DNA of 42,379 nt from Candidatus Aenigmatarchaeota archaeon (GCA_039000985.1 JAWBMD010000007.1:1-42379); one strand, 5' to 3'; shown: positions 1 to 10,004, numbered from the stretch's first letter. Numbers and translations are program-made. The notes: generated by a model from the letters alone, not told the origin.

Positions 1-248
1 GCTTGTTTAGAGAAAGTGGAGCAACATTTCCTCCATATCCAATAGATTCTGAATTAAATAAAAAATATGGAGTAAGAGGTTCACCAACTTTTGTTTTAAA
101 TGATATGCAAATAAGTGTAAATAGAGCAGCTGAGTCAATAAAACGAGCAATATGTTCAGCTTTTAAAACTCAACCTTCTGAATGTTCACAAACATTAAGC
201 ACAACAACAGAATCTCCTGGTATTGGGCCAATTGGTTCTACTAGTTAA
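1..248 (+). CDS. 3' part (5' end outside window) of a paralog of the thioredoxin-fold/GILT-like protein at 2599..3564, ending early at a TCA>TAA change
   Basis: Nucleotides 1-258 are near-identical to 3290-3547; the same reading frame ends at TAA 246-248, where the other copy has TCA. Confidence 0.8.
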   Translation, partial: LFRESGATFPPYPIDSELNKKYGVRGSPTFVLNDMQISVNRAAESIKRAICSAFKTQPSECSQTLSTTTESPGIGPIGSTS

Positions 249-258
249 GCATCTTCTT
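1..258 (+). repeat. Near-identical direct repeat, copy 1 (copy 2 at 3290..3547)
   Basis: Aligned by eye; about 5 substitutions (gcagct/gcggct, cgagca/cgatca, and three near the stop). Confidence 0.95.
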
Positions 259-551
259 ATAGCTTGGCTAATACAGAAAGTTAAGCTCTAAGGATTGTAT
301 TAACGATTTTTGTTTGGCTAAAATCTACAATCGGACATCTTTTAGTTTGAGGAATTGAGAGTAGTAAATTTATGATTAAAGACCTCCACATAGATTTTCC
401 ATAAGAAATTATCATAATAGCGACTTTTTTAATTATAATACCTGTATATTTATCAAAAATGAAAACAATAAATAGTTAGTTGGCTATATTTATTAAGTTA
501 ATTAGCAAGATATTGTTCTTGTTTTTTATTTTTAGAAGTAAATAAACTTTT

Positions 552-2228
552 ATGAAATTAGCTATAGTTTCAATATTTACACTTGGAATACTTTTTGCAT
601 TTCTTCTATCCATAATTTTAGGAGTTCTTTATTTTTTGGGAAAATTAGATCTTTTATTTTCCATAATTTTTACCGGTATTATATTTTTTCTTCAATGGCT
701 AATCTCACCATATTTTTCGGATATAATTTATAGATGGTTCTATAAACTCAAATGGATTAGTTTCGAAGATTTAGAAAGAGGAGATATGGAAGTTGCGGAA
801 TTTATTAAGAAAACTTGTAACAAGTATAAGATAAAAATTCCGAAAATAGGTTTTATAGATGATAATAATCCTCAAATATTTTGTTACGGCTCTGCTGCTT
901 TTAATGCAAGAATAGTTTTTACAAGTGGTATTTTCACTTATTTAAATACAGAAGAGAGAAAAGCTGTTTTTGGGCATGAATTAGGACATATAGTTCACAG
1001 GGACTTTATAATAATGACTATTGCTGCCTTTTTGCTTTCATTGCTTTATCATATCTCTCAAGCTCTTTTTAAAAGTATTAGAAATACTTCTCAAGCTCCA
1101 TCGAGAGGCAGTAGAAGTAATAGGGGAGGAATAGCCATTATTCTTGGAGTAGTTTCTTATATTTTTTATTTGATTGGAACATATATTCTACTTTGGTTAA
1201 GTAGAACAAGGGAATATTATGCAGATGAGTTTTCTGCAAAGGAAACAAATAATACAGATGCTTTAGCCAGTGCTTTGATAAAAATTGCTTATGGTATAAT
1301 AGCAAGACCAGAAGAAAAAAAGCAAAGAGAACTGATGCATGGGACAAGAACATTAGGAATAATGGATTTCAAAGCCGCTAAGGGAATTGGGTTAGCTTAC
1401 ATAAATGGTTTAAAGCTAAGAAGTTGGGAACCTATTGAAAAAATTCTTTTGTTTGATTTAAAAAATCCATGGGCTTTTATTTACGAACTAGGTTCATCCC
1501 ATCCCTTAACTGCTAAAAGAATAAAAAGATTAGAAAAAGTGAAAAATGTAACTATGTTCGATTTTGAAAGAATTGATAAAAAATATCCTATAGATACAAA
1601 ACTACTTCATGCCAATTTTTTAAGGGACATTTTTTTCATATTTCTTCCACCAATATTTATTTTGACTTCTTTTTCACTAATAATTTTACTTTCTTTTCTT
1701 AATCTTATTACTTTACCTTTTAAGTTACCTCAACTTATTATTCTTCTTTTTGTTGGTGTGGGCATTATGATAATTTTAAAAACTACTTATTTATATCCTG
1801 AGGAAGAACCTAAAAAAACAAATTTACTGGAGCTAATGGGAGATGTTTATGCTTCCCCCATAAGAGGAAAAGCAGTTGAAATAGATGGTGAAATAGTAGG
1901 TAGAGGAATCCCCGGCTTAATTCTTTCAGAGGATATGATGCTTCAAGATGATACAGGTTTAGTTTATTTAAATTATGAAGGTATATTTCCTTTATTCAGC
2001 AATTTGGTTTTTGCTTTGTTTAAATTAGATAAATTAATTGGGCAAAAAGTGAAAATTCGTGGTTGGTTTGTTCGTGATTTAGCTCCTCGAATTAGTTTAA
2101 AAGAAATAGTGGTGGAAGGAAAAATAATAAAAAGCAGGGCTAGAACGTTAGGAATTATTAGTGGTATAATTATGATTTTATTGAGCTTAATATTGTTTAT
2201 TGTTTTTTATTATTTTAAGGTTTTTTAA
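552..2228 (+). CDS. htpX: HtpX-family (M48) membrane zinc metalloprotease with a C-terminal membrane/beta-rich extension
   Basis: HELGH zinc motif, SRTREYYADEF, LASALIKI, SSHPLTAKRI; several TM segments. Confidence 0.9.
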   Translation: MKLAIVSIFTLGILFAFLLSIILGVLYFLGKLDLLFSIIFTGIIFFLQWLISPYFSDIIYRWFYKLKWISFEDLERGDMEVAEFIKKTCNKYKIKIPKIGFIDDNNPQIFCYGSAAFNARIVFTSGIFTYLNTEERKAVFGHELGHIVHRDFIIMTIAAFLLSLLYHISQALFKSIRNTSQAPSRGSRSNRGGIAIILGVVSYIFYLIGTYILLWLSRTREYYADEFSAKETNNTDALASALIKIAYGIIARPEEKKQRELMHGTRTLGIMDFKAAKGIGLAYINGLKLRSWEPIEKILLFDLKNPWAFIYELGSSHPLTAKRIKRLEKVKNVTMFDFERIDKKYPIDTKLLHANFLRDIFFIFLPPIFILTSFSLIILLSFLNLITLPFKLPQLIILLFVGVGIMIILKTTYLYPEEEPKKTNLLELMGDVYASPIRGKAVEIDGEIVGRGIPGLILSEDMMLQDDTGLVYLNYEGIFPLFSNLVFALFKLDKLIGQKVKIRGWFVRDLAPRISLKEIVVEGKIIKSRARTLGIISGIIMILLSLILFIVFYYFKVF

Positions 2229-2598
2229 ATATTATAATTTTGTTTTATCTAGAATTTGAATAGTTTTACTTTTTAATTAGGGTAGAAGAAGGTAATTTCA
2301 GGAAGAGACATTAGGAACTAAAAAAATCAAAAAGAAAGCTAATAATTTTAGATCAGTTTTTTTGAATATCCAATGTATACCTTACAGGGAGTCTTTCTGT
2401 GTTAAAATTATAGTTATCGATAGTTGGTATATTTTATTGTTAGTAAAAGCAAATTACCAATTATTATGATGTAAAACAACAAATTTTGTAATTTAACATT
2501 GACTTGTCTAAAGCTTTACTAATTTCTTTAACTTTATTGTTTTATTCCTTAACAGTAAGCTTTATATTTATTTATTCTTTATTCATATATATATAAGT

Positions 2599-3564
2599 AT
2601 GGCAGAGAGAAAAATAAACATTTGGCAAATTTTAACAATTATTTTATCCGTAATAGTTTCATTTCAATCTTTTCTTGTTTTTGGTTCTAAAAGTATTTCT
2701 ATTTCAAATAAGGAAATTGGTGAAAAAGTTATAAGTTATATAAATAAAAATCTTGTAGCACCAGGAACAAATGCAATATTGGTTTCTATAAATGATAGAG
2801 GAAGCTTTTATGAGATTACTACAAATTATCAAGGCAATTTAATTCCAGTTTATGCTTCTAAGGATGGGCAATATCTTTTTCTCCAAGCATTTAACATGAG
2901 CCAAAAGCTTATAAGGGAAGAAGGTAGAGAAGATCAGCAAAATCAAGAAATCCAAAAAAGAGATAGACCAGAAGCAAGAGTTTTTATAATGTCATATTGT
3001 CCTTTTGGTTTACAGTTTTTAAAAGCTTTTATTCCTGTTATAGAGCTTCTTGATGATAAAATTGATTGGCATGTTAATTTTGTTGATTATATAATGCATG
3101 GTGAAAAAGAAATGATAGAAAATACACGCATGTATTGTATTCAAAAAGAGCAAAAAGAAAAATTTGTAAATTATTTGAGATGCTTTGTTCAAAGTGGGAA
3201 TGCTGAAAAATGTATAGAAGAGGCAAAAATAGATAAAGCAAAATTAAGTGAATGTATGCAATCTACAGATAAACAATATAACATTTCAAGCTTGTTTAGA
3301 GAAAGTGGAGCAACATTTCCTCCATATCCAATAGATTCTGAATTAAATAAAAAATATGGAGTAAGAGGTTCACCAACTTTTGTTTTAAATGATATGCAAA
3401 TAAGTGTAAATAGAGCGGCTGAGTCAATAAAACGATCAATATGTTCAGCTTTTAAAACTCAACCTTCTGAATGTTCACAAACATTAAGCACAACAACAGA
3501 ATCTCCTGGTATTGGGCCAATTGGTTCTAGTAGTTCAACATCTTCTTCCGCCCAATGTATATAA
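2599..3564 (+). CDS. Membrane-anchored thioredoxin-fold (DsbA/GILT-like) protein
   Basis: N-terminal TM, MSYCPFG, MHGEKEMIEN..C (GILT-like), YGVRGSPTFVLN cis-Pro loop. Confidence 0.75.
   Translation: MAERKINIWQILTIILSVIVSFQSFLVFGSKSISISNKEIGEKVISYINKNLVAPGTNAILVSINDRGSFYEITTNYQGNLIPVYASKDGQYLFLQAFNMSQKLIREEGREDQQNQEIQKRDRPEARVFIMSYCPFGLQFLKAFIPVIELLDDKIDWHVNFVDYIMHGEKEMIENTRMYCIQKEQKEKFVNYLRCFVQSGNAEKCIEEAKIDKAKLSECMQSTDKQYNISSLFRESGATFPPYPIDSELNKKYGVRGSPTFVLNDMQISVNRAAESIKRSICSAFKTQPSECSQTLSTTTESPGIGPIGSSSSTSSSAQCI
3290..3547 (+). repeat. Near-identical direct repeat, copy 2
   Basis: Matches 1..258. Confidence 0.95.
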
Positions 3565-3572
3565 CAAGCTAA

Positions 3573-3917
3573 TTATACTTCTACAAATTTTTCAACGAAA
3601 TGACTGTACCATTTTCTCCAATCAGAAGGAGTTATTAAGTGGATTTCAAATGGATTAGGCTCGCCTAATGAATTATAAATCTTACTCAACACTTTAGCTC
3701 TTTTTAATCCTTTTCTTGGTGATTTTTTGGAAATTATCAAAACATCTATATCAGAAGAAAGAGTAAAATCATTTTCAATCACAGAGCCAAAAACTATCAA
3801 TTTTAACTCAGGGTCTTTCAAAATTTTCTTAGAATATTTTTTCAAAATTTTAGCGTATTTGAGATAGTTAGTAAAGTATTTTTCTCTAGAGCTAAAGTAA
3901 CTAAAATAGCTTTTCAT
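3573..3917 (-). CDS. Minimal nucleotidyltransferase (MNT), HEPN-MNT module
   Basis: FGSV...SDIDVLII polbeta-type motif, FEIHLIT; downstream of a HEPN gene. Confidence 0.9.
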   Translation of the reverse strand: MKSYFSYFSSREKYFTNYLKYAKILKKYSKKILKDPELKLIVFGSVIENDFTLSSDIDVLIISKKSPRKGLKRAKVLSKIYNSLGEPNPFEIHLITPSDWRKWYSHFVEKFVEV

Positions 3918-4294
3918 ATTTCATTAGCTTAGCTAATTTTTTAACTAACTCAACCATTTTTTCTATTTTTTCTTTCGAAAATTCTCTAAAATAGTATCTT
4001 GCCGTGATATATGCATCAGAAAGCAAGGATAACTTTTCTATGTTTTTCATTCAAAAATTCTTTTACATTCTTCAGCTTACCTTCTTTTGAAAGAATTTTC
4101 AATAATTCATTAATATTATGAATCTTTGGGAAATCTCCAAAAATTTCCATCAATTTTGCCTTAACCAAAAATTGTGCAGTTTGTTCTAAATGAAAGGCTG
4201 CTAAATCAAATCTACCCTTTTCAATATCAACCATAGCATCTTCATAAAATCCTTTTGCTCTCTTTAAGAACTTTTCTGATTCGCTTCTTCTCAT
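3901..4294 (-). pseudogene. HEPN-domain protein, frameshifted in an A5 run (4043-4047)
   Basis: ORF 4016..4294 stops early; removing one A gives ...ENIEKLSLLSDAYITARYYFREFSKEKIEKMVELVKKLAKLMKYEKLF*, ending at 3901 and matching the YIGARY end of the intact HEPN at 39193. Confidence 0.85.
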
Positions 4295-4381
4295 AAAGCT
4301 CTATTTTATTTTTTAAAATAAATTCGATAAGCTTGTAAATTTCGAATAACAAAATTTATTGTAAAAAGTTAAATTTTGTTT

Positions 4382-5200
4382 ATGGAGACTCCTCAGCAAG
4401 TTGTTCAAAAAATAAAGTCTGTTCAAGTTCAGGGAGCAAAGCAAATAGCTCTTTATTCTTTAAAATACTTGAGAAAATTTTGTAAAAAATATGGTTTTGG
4501 TCATAAGTTTGAAATTGTTGCAGATACGCTTGAAAATGCAAGACCAACTGCAGTTGTTTTGCATAATTGCTTGAAAATTTTGAAAAGAGAAAGAAATATT
4601 GAAACAATAGATAGATTAATAAAAGAGCTAGAGAAATGTACAAGGAAAATAGCCATAATTGGACAGAAAATTATAAAAAATAATCAAAAAATTTTAACTC
4701 ATTGTCATTCTGGTGAAGCTTTGTCAGTAATAAAGGAGGCAGCAAAAAGAGGTAAAAAAATAGAAGTATATGCAACAGTTACAGAACCTTTAAAGCAAGG
4801 GATAAAAACAGCTAAAGAATTAGCAAAAGAAAAAATTCCTGTAACTTTGGGCGAAGATATAGCAGTAGGTCATTTAATGTATTATGCTGATATTGTTATT
4901 GTTGGTTCTGATGCAATGAGAAAAAATGGTTTTATTAATAAAGTTGGTACTTGGTTAATAGCTGAAGAAGCAAAAAGGCATGAAAAACCTTTTTATGTTG
5001 TTGGTAGTCATTTTAAGTTTGATTCAAGAAAGAAATTCGTATTGGAAGAAAGATCTGCTTCTGAAATTTTACCAAAACCAATAAAGGGAGTAAAGGTAAG
5101 AAATCCTGCTTTTGATTTAGTTCCTTGGAAGTATGTTACAGCTGTAATAACTGACAAAGGAATTTTTAAACCAAGTGAAATAAAGAATATGATAAAATGA
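4382..5200 (+). CDS. Ribose-1,5-bisphosphate isomerase (eIF-2B-like family)
   Basis: QGA, RPTAV, THCHS (catalytic Cys), VGSDA (catalytic Asp), NKVGT, RNPAFD; ATGA-coupled to RuBisCO; ATG 4382 preferred over TTG 4376. Confidence 0.85.
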   Translation: METPQQVVQKIKSVQVQGAKQIALYSLKYLRKFCKKYGFGHKFEIVADTLENARPTAVVLHNCLKILKRERNIETIDRLIKELEKCTRKIAIIGQKIIKNNQKILTHCHSGEALSVIKEAAKRGKKIEVYATVTEPLKQGIKTAKELAKEKIPVTLGEDIAVGHLMYYADIVIVGSDAMRKNGFINKVGTWLIAEEAKRHEKPFYVVGSHFKFDSRKKFVLEERSASEILPKPIKGVKVRNPAFDLVPWKYVTAVITDKGIFKPSEIKNMIK

Positions 5201-6420
5201 AGTATTTAGATTATGTAGATCTTAATTATAAGCCAGCAAGAAATGATTTGATTTGTTATTTTAGGGTAGAGCCTGAAAAAGGAGTAAGTATGAATGAAGC
5301 AGCAGGTGCTATTGCTGCCGAAAGTAGCATAGGAACATGGGCTGAAATTTCAACAACAAAACGGTATGTAGAAAAATTAGCAGCAAGAGTTTTTGATATG
5401 AAAGGAGAATTTATAAAAATAGCTTATCCAATTGAGCTATTCGAACCTGGAAATTTACCAAGCATTTTAAGTGGAATTGCTGGAAATATTTTTGGTATGA
5501 AACATTTGAAAAATTTAAGACTCGAAGATATTGTTTTACCGAAAAAAATCTTGAGAAGCTTTAAAGGACCAAAATATGGTATAAAAGGAATAAGAAAAAT
5601 TTTAAAAGTTAAAGAAAGACCATTAATAGGAACTATAATTAAGCCAAAAATTGGTCTTAAGACTAAGGATCATGCAAAAGTTGCTTATGAAGCTTGGATC
5701 GGTGGTTGTGATATTGTTAAGGATGATGAAAATTTAAGTTCTCAAAATTTTAACAAATTTGAAAAAAGATTGGAAGAAACTTTCAAAGCAAAAGAAAAAG
5801 CTGAAAAAGAAACTGGAGAAAAGAAAGCTTATATCATAAACATAACCGCTGAAACAGAAGAAATGATAAGAAGAGCCAAACTTGCTGAAAAAATTGGAAA
5901 TGAATATGTTATGATTGATGTCATATTAATTGGTTGGTCAGCTTTACAAACTTTAAGAAATAAAGATTTTAATTTAATACTACATGCACATAGAGCGGGG
6001 CATGCTACCATAACAAAAAATCCTAAACATGGAATTAGCATGAGGGTTTTAGCAAAATTATTAAGAATTGTTGGAGCAGATCAATTACATGTTGGTGCAG
6101 CAGTAGGAAAAATGTTTGAAGGTAAAGAAGATGTTATAGAAAATTGTAAAGCCTTAAAAGAAAAAATGTGGAAATTTAAATCTGTTATGCCCGTCGCTTC
6201 TGGCGGTCTTTCCCCCCTTAGTGTACCAAAATTAATTGAAATTTTTGGAAATGATGTTGTTATTCAAGCTGGAGCTGGAATACATGGTCATAAGCTTGGA
6301 ACAAAAGCTGGTGCAATTGCTATGAGACAATCGGTTGAGGCAGTAGAAAAAGGAGTTCCATTAGAGGAATATGCAAAGAGTCATGAAGAACTTAAAGTTG
6401 CTTTAGAGCAATGGAAATAA
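5197..6420 (+). CDS. rbcL: Form III RuBisCO large subunit
   Basis: AAESSIGTW, GNIFG, GTIIKPKIGL, KDDEN, HAHRA, LHVG..VGKM, SGG, QAGAGIHGH. Confidence 0.95.
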   Translation: MKYLDYVDLNYKPARNDLICYFRVEPEKGVSMNEAAGAIAAESSIGTWAEISTTKRYVEKLAARVFDMKGEFIKIAYPIELFEPGNLPSILSGIAGNIFGMKHLKNLRLEDIVLPKKILRSFKGPKYGIKGIRKILKVKERPLIGTIIKPKIGLKTKDHAKVAYEAWIGGCDIVKDDENLSSQNFNKFEKRLEETFKAKEKAEKETGEKKAYIINITAETEEMIRRAKLAEKIGNEYVMIDVILIGWSALQTLRNKDFNLILHAHRAGHATITKNPKHGISMRVLAKLLRIVGADQLHVGAAVGKMFEGKEDVIENCKALKEKMWKFKSVMPVASGGLSPLSVPKLIEIFGNDVVIQAGAGIHGHKLGTKAGAIAMRQSVEAVEKGVPLEEYAKSHEELKVALEQWK

Positions 6421-6868
6421 AATTGTTTAATAAGAAAGATATTCATTGGAAAAAAATAATTAAAAAAAGTAAAAGCAACATTTTGGTCTTTTATTCTATT
6501 TCTTATAGGACCTTTTTGGCTTCATTTTTTCGTTTTGGGAGTCTTATAAGTTTTATTTTATCTTATTTGATATTTTTTTGTTTTTTAATTTTTGTATGAA
6601 GTAGGTTATTTCAAAAGAGATTTTTATGATGCAAGAGAAGATTTCCTGGTAATAAAAAAGGTGTTTTTATGCCAAGAGAAACTATTTTACCTTATGAAAA
6701 ATTGCAAGACGTTTATGTAGATCAAGATATTTTTGTAGGATGTTCACGTATCTACTGCGACATTTCTTTCAGGAATAGAAGCTCATATAAGATGGGTAAA
6801 CAAGAAAAATGCAGAAGCAATTGGAGAAATAATTCTTGAAAATATTCGTAAAAGTAAAATGAAATAAT
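6411..6868 (+). pseudogene. Degraded bacterial-type PH-domain (bPH_2/YdbS-like) membrane protein
   Basis: Fragments in several frames: TM segment, then FYDAREDFLVIKKGVFMPRETILPYEKLQDVYVDQDIF, DVHVSTATFLSGIEAHI, VNKKNAEAIGEIILENI. Confidence 0.7.
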
Positions 6869-6870
6869 GA

Positions 6871-7240
6871 ATGAAAAGGTTTATAGACTAGATTATATTA
6901 GAGAAATTTTAACTTTTGTTCTTTATATCTATCTGCTTTTGTATCTATTTCCTTATTTCTAGTTTATTTCTTTTATATTTTATTTTTTATTATTTAGCAT
7001 TAAGAGTACAGTTATAGGAGCTTAAAGAGGATAGTATTTTTATAAAAAGGGAATAATAGCAAAAAAGCAAATTCTTATACCTTATTTCGAAATTCAAGAT
7101 ATACAAGAGCAACAACATTTTTTACATAGATTAATGGGTATAGAAAATTTGATAATTCTTACATTAGCTAAAGAAAGATCAGGTTTACTAGAATGTCTCA
7201 AAAAGGAAGATGCGAAAGAAATTTGTGAGGAAAATAAATA
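6871..7240 (+). pseudogene. Second degraded bPH_2/YdbS-like gene
   Basis: Broken hydrophobic N-terminus, ELKEDSIFIK, then after a frameshift GIIAKKQILIPYFEIQDIQEQQHFLHRLMGIENLIILT...LKKEDAKEI. Confidence 0.7.
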
Positions 7241-7319
7241 ATAGATCGAGCAATTACATCACTTGGATAAGAAAAGCAGTGAAACATTCTTTTTTTTTAT
7301 CTTATTCAAAGTTTTATTT

Positions 7320-8699
7320 ATGAAAGCTATTTCAGAATGGTTTTGGGTAATAGCTAGTATTATTGCTGGGTTAATTATTTTTTCCATTGTTCGATACAAT
7401 ACCATTCAAATGAACATTATTAATGAGGAGCAAAGAAGTTTATCTCAATTTGATGAAATGAAAGGTATAATTAATGATTTATGCTTAAGTTTTTCCGGTA
7501 ATGTAAGAACCTATACTTTAACTTTAAGTGAAACTATAGATGGTATATATGCTTCAAAAGATAAACATACAGAATTTAATAAAGACGAACTAGTAAAGAA
7601 AATTTTGAATGAAGAACTTTCGCAAGGAAGATTTTTATGTATAAAAGTTAGGAATCAAAGATTAAGATGTGATGAATTATATTGTAATACCTCTTTCATT
7701 TATGTTGGTTCTGTTCCAGAAGAATTTTCACTAAGTGCCTTAACTAATAGACTAATGGGAAGGAGCCCTGTTTTTATCTACGATCTCATTTTAAGCAAAA
7801 CAGAGGAAGAAGTTTATGTTACTAAGGAAAAAGTTCCCCCTCTTCCACCACAACCATCTCCACCTAAACCACAACCTCCACCCCCAGTACCTCCACCACC
7901 AAAAGCTTGCACTCCAGAGAGTTTGATAAATCTTGTAAATGTAGAAGAAGCTATGAAAAATATAAACTACTTAACACAAAAATCTAGAAGTTGTGGAAGT
8001 TCTTGGAATAGTGAAACAGCAGATTATATAAAGAAAGCTTTAGAATCATATGGATTAAATAATGTATATTTCGAAGATTTTAACTACGTAAGAAATATTG
8101 TAGGGGAAATTGGGAGTGGAAATAATGTGATTATTGTTACAGGTGGACATAGAGATAGTGTCTCGAATTGTCCAGGTGCTGTTGATAATGCTGCTGGAAC
8201 TTCTGTTGTTATGGAATCTGCTAGAGTTTTAGCTACATGTAAGGATGAGATAAAGAATTACAAGATAAGATTTGTATTGTTTGATTGCGAAGAGCGAAGT
8301 TCTTTAAGTCCAGGTCTTTTAGGTTCTTCTGTTTATGTTAATACACATAAAAACGAAAATATTAAAAGAATGTTGAATTTCGATTGTTTAGGTTTAAAAG
8401 ATAGTCCTGGTTTGACAATTTTTAGAACAGCTATTGATTTATCAAATTCAGCTGATAAGGCATGTAATTATCTTGGATTAAATTGTATGAAAATGGGTCA
8501 AGCTCCATGTGCAAGTGACCATTGTCCTTTTGACGAAAATGGAATACCTTATTTATTTGCAATAAACTATGGTTTTACATGCGGACCTTGTTATCATTGT
8601 ATGAGTTGTATGGATGATATTTCTCAAATAGATAAAACTAGAATGGAATGGGCTTTAAAGTTTGCAGTTTATGTTTTAGCAGACCTTTATTTAAAGTAA
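7320..8699 (+). CDS. Pilin-like N-terminal domain + Pro-rich linker + M28 zinc aminopeptidase
   Basis: ATG 7320, MKA/ISEWFWVIASIIAGLIIF (class III-like signal); M28 motifs GHRDS, GAVDNAAG, FDCEE, NFDC, SDH, CYH. Confidence 0.8.
   Translation: MKAISEWFWVIASIIAGLIIFSIVRYNTIQMNIINEEQRSLSQFDEMKGIINDLCLSFSGNVRTYTLTLSETIDGIYASKDKHTEFNKDELVKKILNEELSQGRFLCIKVRNQRLRCDELYCNTSFIYVGSVPEEFSLSALTNRLMGRSPVFIYDLILSKTEEEVYVTKEKVPPLPPQPSPPKPQPPPPVPPPPKACTPESLINLVNVEEAMKNINYLTQKSRSCGSSWNSETADYIKKALESYGLNNVYFEDFNYVRNIVGEIGSGNNVIIVTGGHRDSVSNCPGAVDNAAGTSVVMESARVLATCKDEIKNYKIRFVLFDCEERSSLSPGLLGSSVYVNTHKNENIKRMLNFDCLGLKDSPGLTIFRTAIDLSNSADKACNYLGLNCMKMGQAPCASDHCPFDENGIPYLFAINYGFTCGPCYHCMSCMDDISQIDKTRMEWALKFAVYVLADLYLK
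7836..7901 (+). repeat. Low-complexity CCN-rich tract encoding a polyproline linker
   Basis: PPLPPQPSPPKPQPPPPVPPPP. Confidence 0.9.
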
Positions 8700-8714
8700 T
8701 CAAATAAAATATTA

Positions 8715-9278
8715 TCAACAATTACCTTCATCAAAAGCAATTTTATACCAATTTTCTTTTTCTGCACGATCAGATCCAAAGGTATTTTTCAGAAAATTTT
8801 TAAATTTGTCATAAGTGCATATACTGTTTGAAAATCCTACTTTATCTTTAAGGTTTTCGCTAGCTAATTTCACATCACCAAGTTTTTGCATGAATGCATC
8901 ACAAAGCATTTTTTTACATTTTTTAAGAGCTTCTATACCAGGACCAAATCTATCTTCACAAGAAACAACTAAGAAACAATAAATTCTATTTTCACACGCA
9001 TACCATCCATATTTACCAATTGATATTATATCATTTTTTATACCATTTTTATCCCAATCATCTCCTGGATAGTAGTATGTACAGTAATCTAAGCTATCTG
9101 TATCTTTGCAATAGTTTTGACATTTTGTTATGAATTCAGTTACTTTTAAGGTTTCTTCATGCTTTTCAATTTTTTTCCCACTTAGATAGTTGAGAATTAA
9201 AGTTATCAATACAGAAGCAAGTACTATAAGTACAACAAGCATTATTATCATTTCCAAGCTAATTTGACCTTTTTTCAT
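8715..9278 (-). CDS. Class III signal peptide (archaeal type IV pilin-like), Cys-rich protein
   Basis: MKKG/QISLEMIIMLVVLIVL with the QxSxE motif. Confidence 0.85.
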   Translation of the reverse strand: MKKGQISLEMIIMLVVLIVLASVLITLILNYLSGKKIEKHEETLKVTEFITKCQNYCKDTDSLDYCTYYYPGDDWDKNGIKNDIISIGKYGWYACENRIYCFLVVSCEDRFGPGIEALKKCKKMLCDAFMQKLGDVKLASENLKDKVGFSNSICTYDKFKNFLKNTFGSDRAEKENWYKIAFDEGNC

Positions 9279-9322
9279 AATATTCTGTTTGTTTTTTAAA
9301 CTTATATTTTAGTAAAAAAATG

Positions 9323-9844
9323 TTAACTTTCGAATTCTATAATTTTTTCGTCTTCTGTAACAATGATTGGTATAAACCATTCTTGATTTTTCAAAACAAC
9401 TATAACATTTTTTCCAAGCTTATTTTCCCAAGTTATTAAGTCTTTAATTTCTATCTTTTCGATTTCTTTTGACTTATTTTTAAAATATTCTATAACTAAT
9501 TCTTTTATTTTCTCATCAGATATTTTTATTTCTCGTATTTCACATTTATTAATTTCAATATTACAAATCTCTCCTTTTCCCCAACATTCACAATCTATAC
9601 AACATTCATAAGGTGTTTCAAATGGTTCACATTTTTTATTTCCACATGTAGGTGAAATACAAACCCCTTCATGGCAATACATTCCAAATTGACAGGAACA
9701 ATCTATTTTACAATTTAAACAATTTTCCCCTTTTTCGCAAACAAGATTACCGCAAACGGGAGCTTTAAAAAACAAAAAAAGAAGTGAAAAAATAAAAATA
9801 AAAGCTGTAATTATTAAAAGTGAAATTTTTTTATTGATAAACAT
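9323..9844 (-). CDS. Membrane-anchored Cys-rich repeat surface protein
   Basis: N-terminal TM, then two CGNxxCE..E.C..C.IDC.C repeats. Confidence 0.75.
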   Translation of the reverse strand: MFINKKISLLIITAFIFIFSLLFLFFKAPVCGNLVCEKGENCLNCKIDCSCQFGMYCHEGVCISPTCGNKKCEPFETPYECCIDCECWGKGEICNIEINKCEIREIKISDEKIKELVIEYFKNKSKEIEKIEIKDLITWENKLGKNVIVVLKNQEWFIPIIVTEDEKIIEFES

Positions 9845-10004
9845 ATTATAAATTTGTTTTCATTTTTTAAATATATTTTTGGGAGTTTTGTTTTAAAAAC
9901 TAAGATATAATAACTACCGAGGTAGTTTACTTATGTTTTGAAAAAGAGGAAGATTAATTAAAAGATAACTTTTCAATAAATAATGCTTAAGTTAACTTAA
10001 AATT

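Noticed and set aside
2229..2598. Possible gene remnants or ncRNA in the intergenic stretches 259-551 and 2229-2598
   Set aside because: AT-rich, with only short ORF fragments and no family I could recognise.
5197..6420. Autotrophic Calvin cycle, or a RuBisCO-like (form IV) protein
   Set aside because: No phosphoribulokinase or small subunit is present; the catalytic residues and R15P isomerase context fit form III nucleoside salvage.
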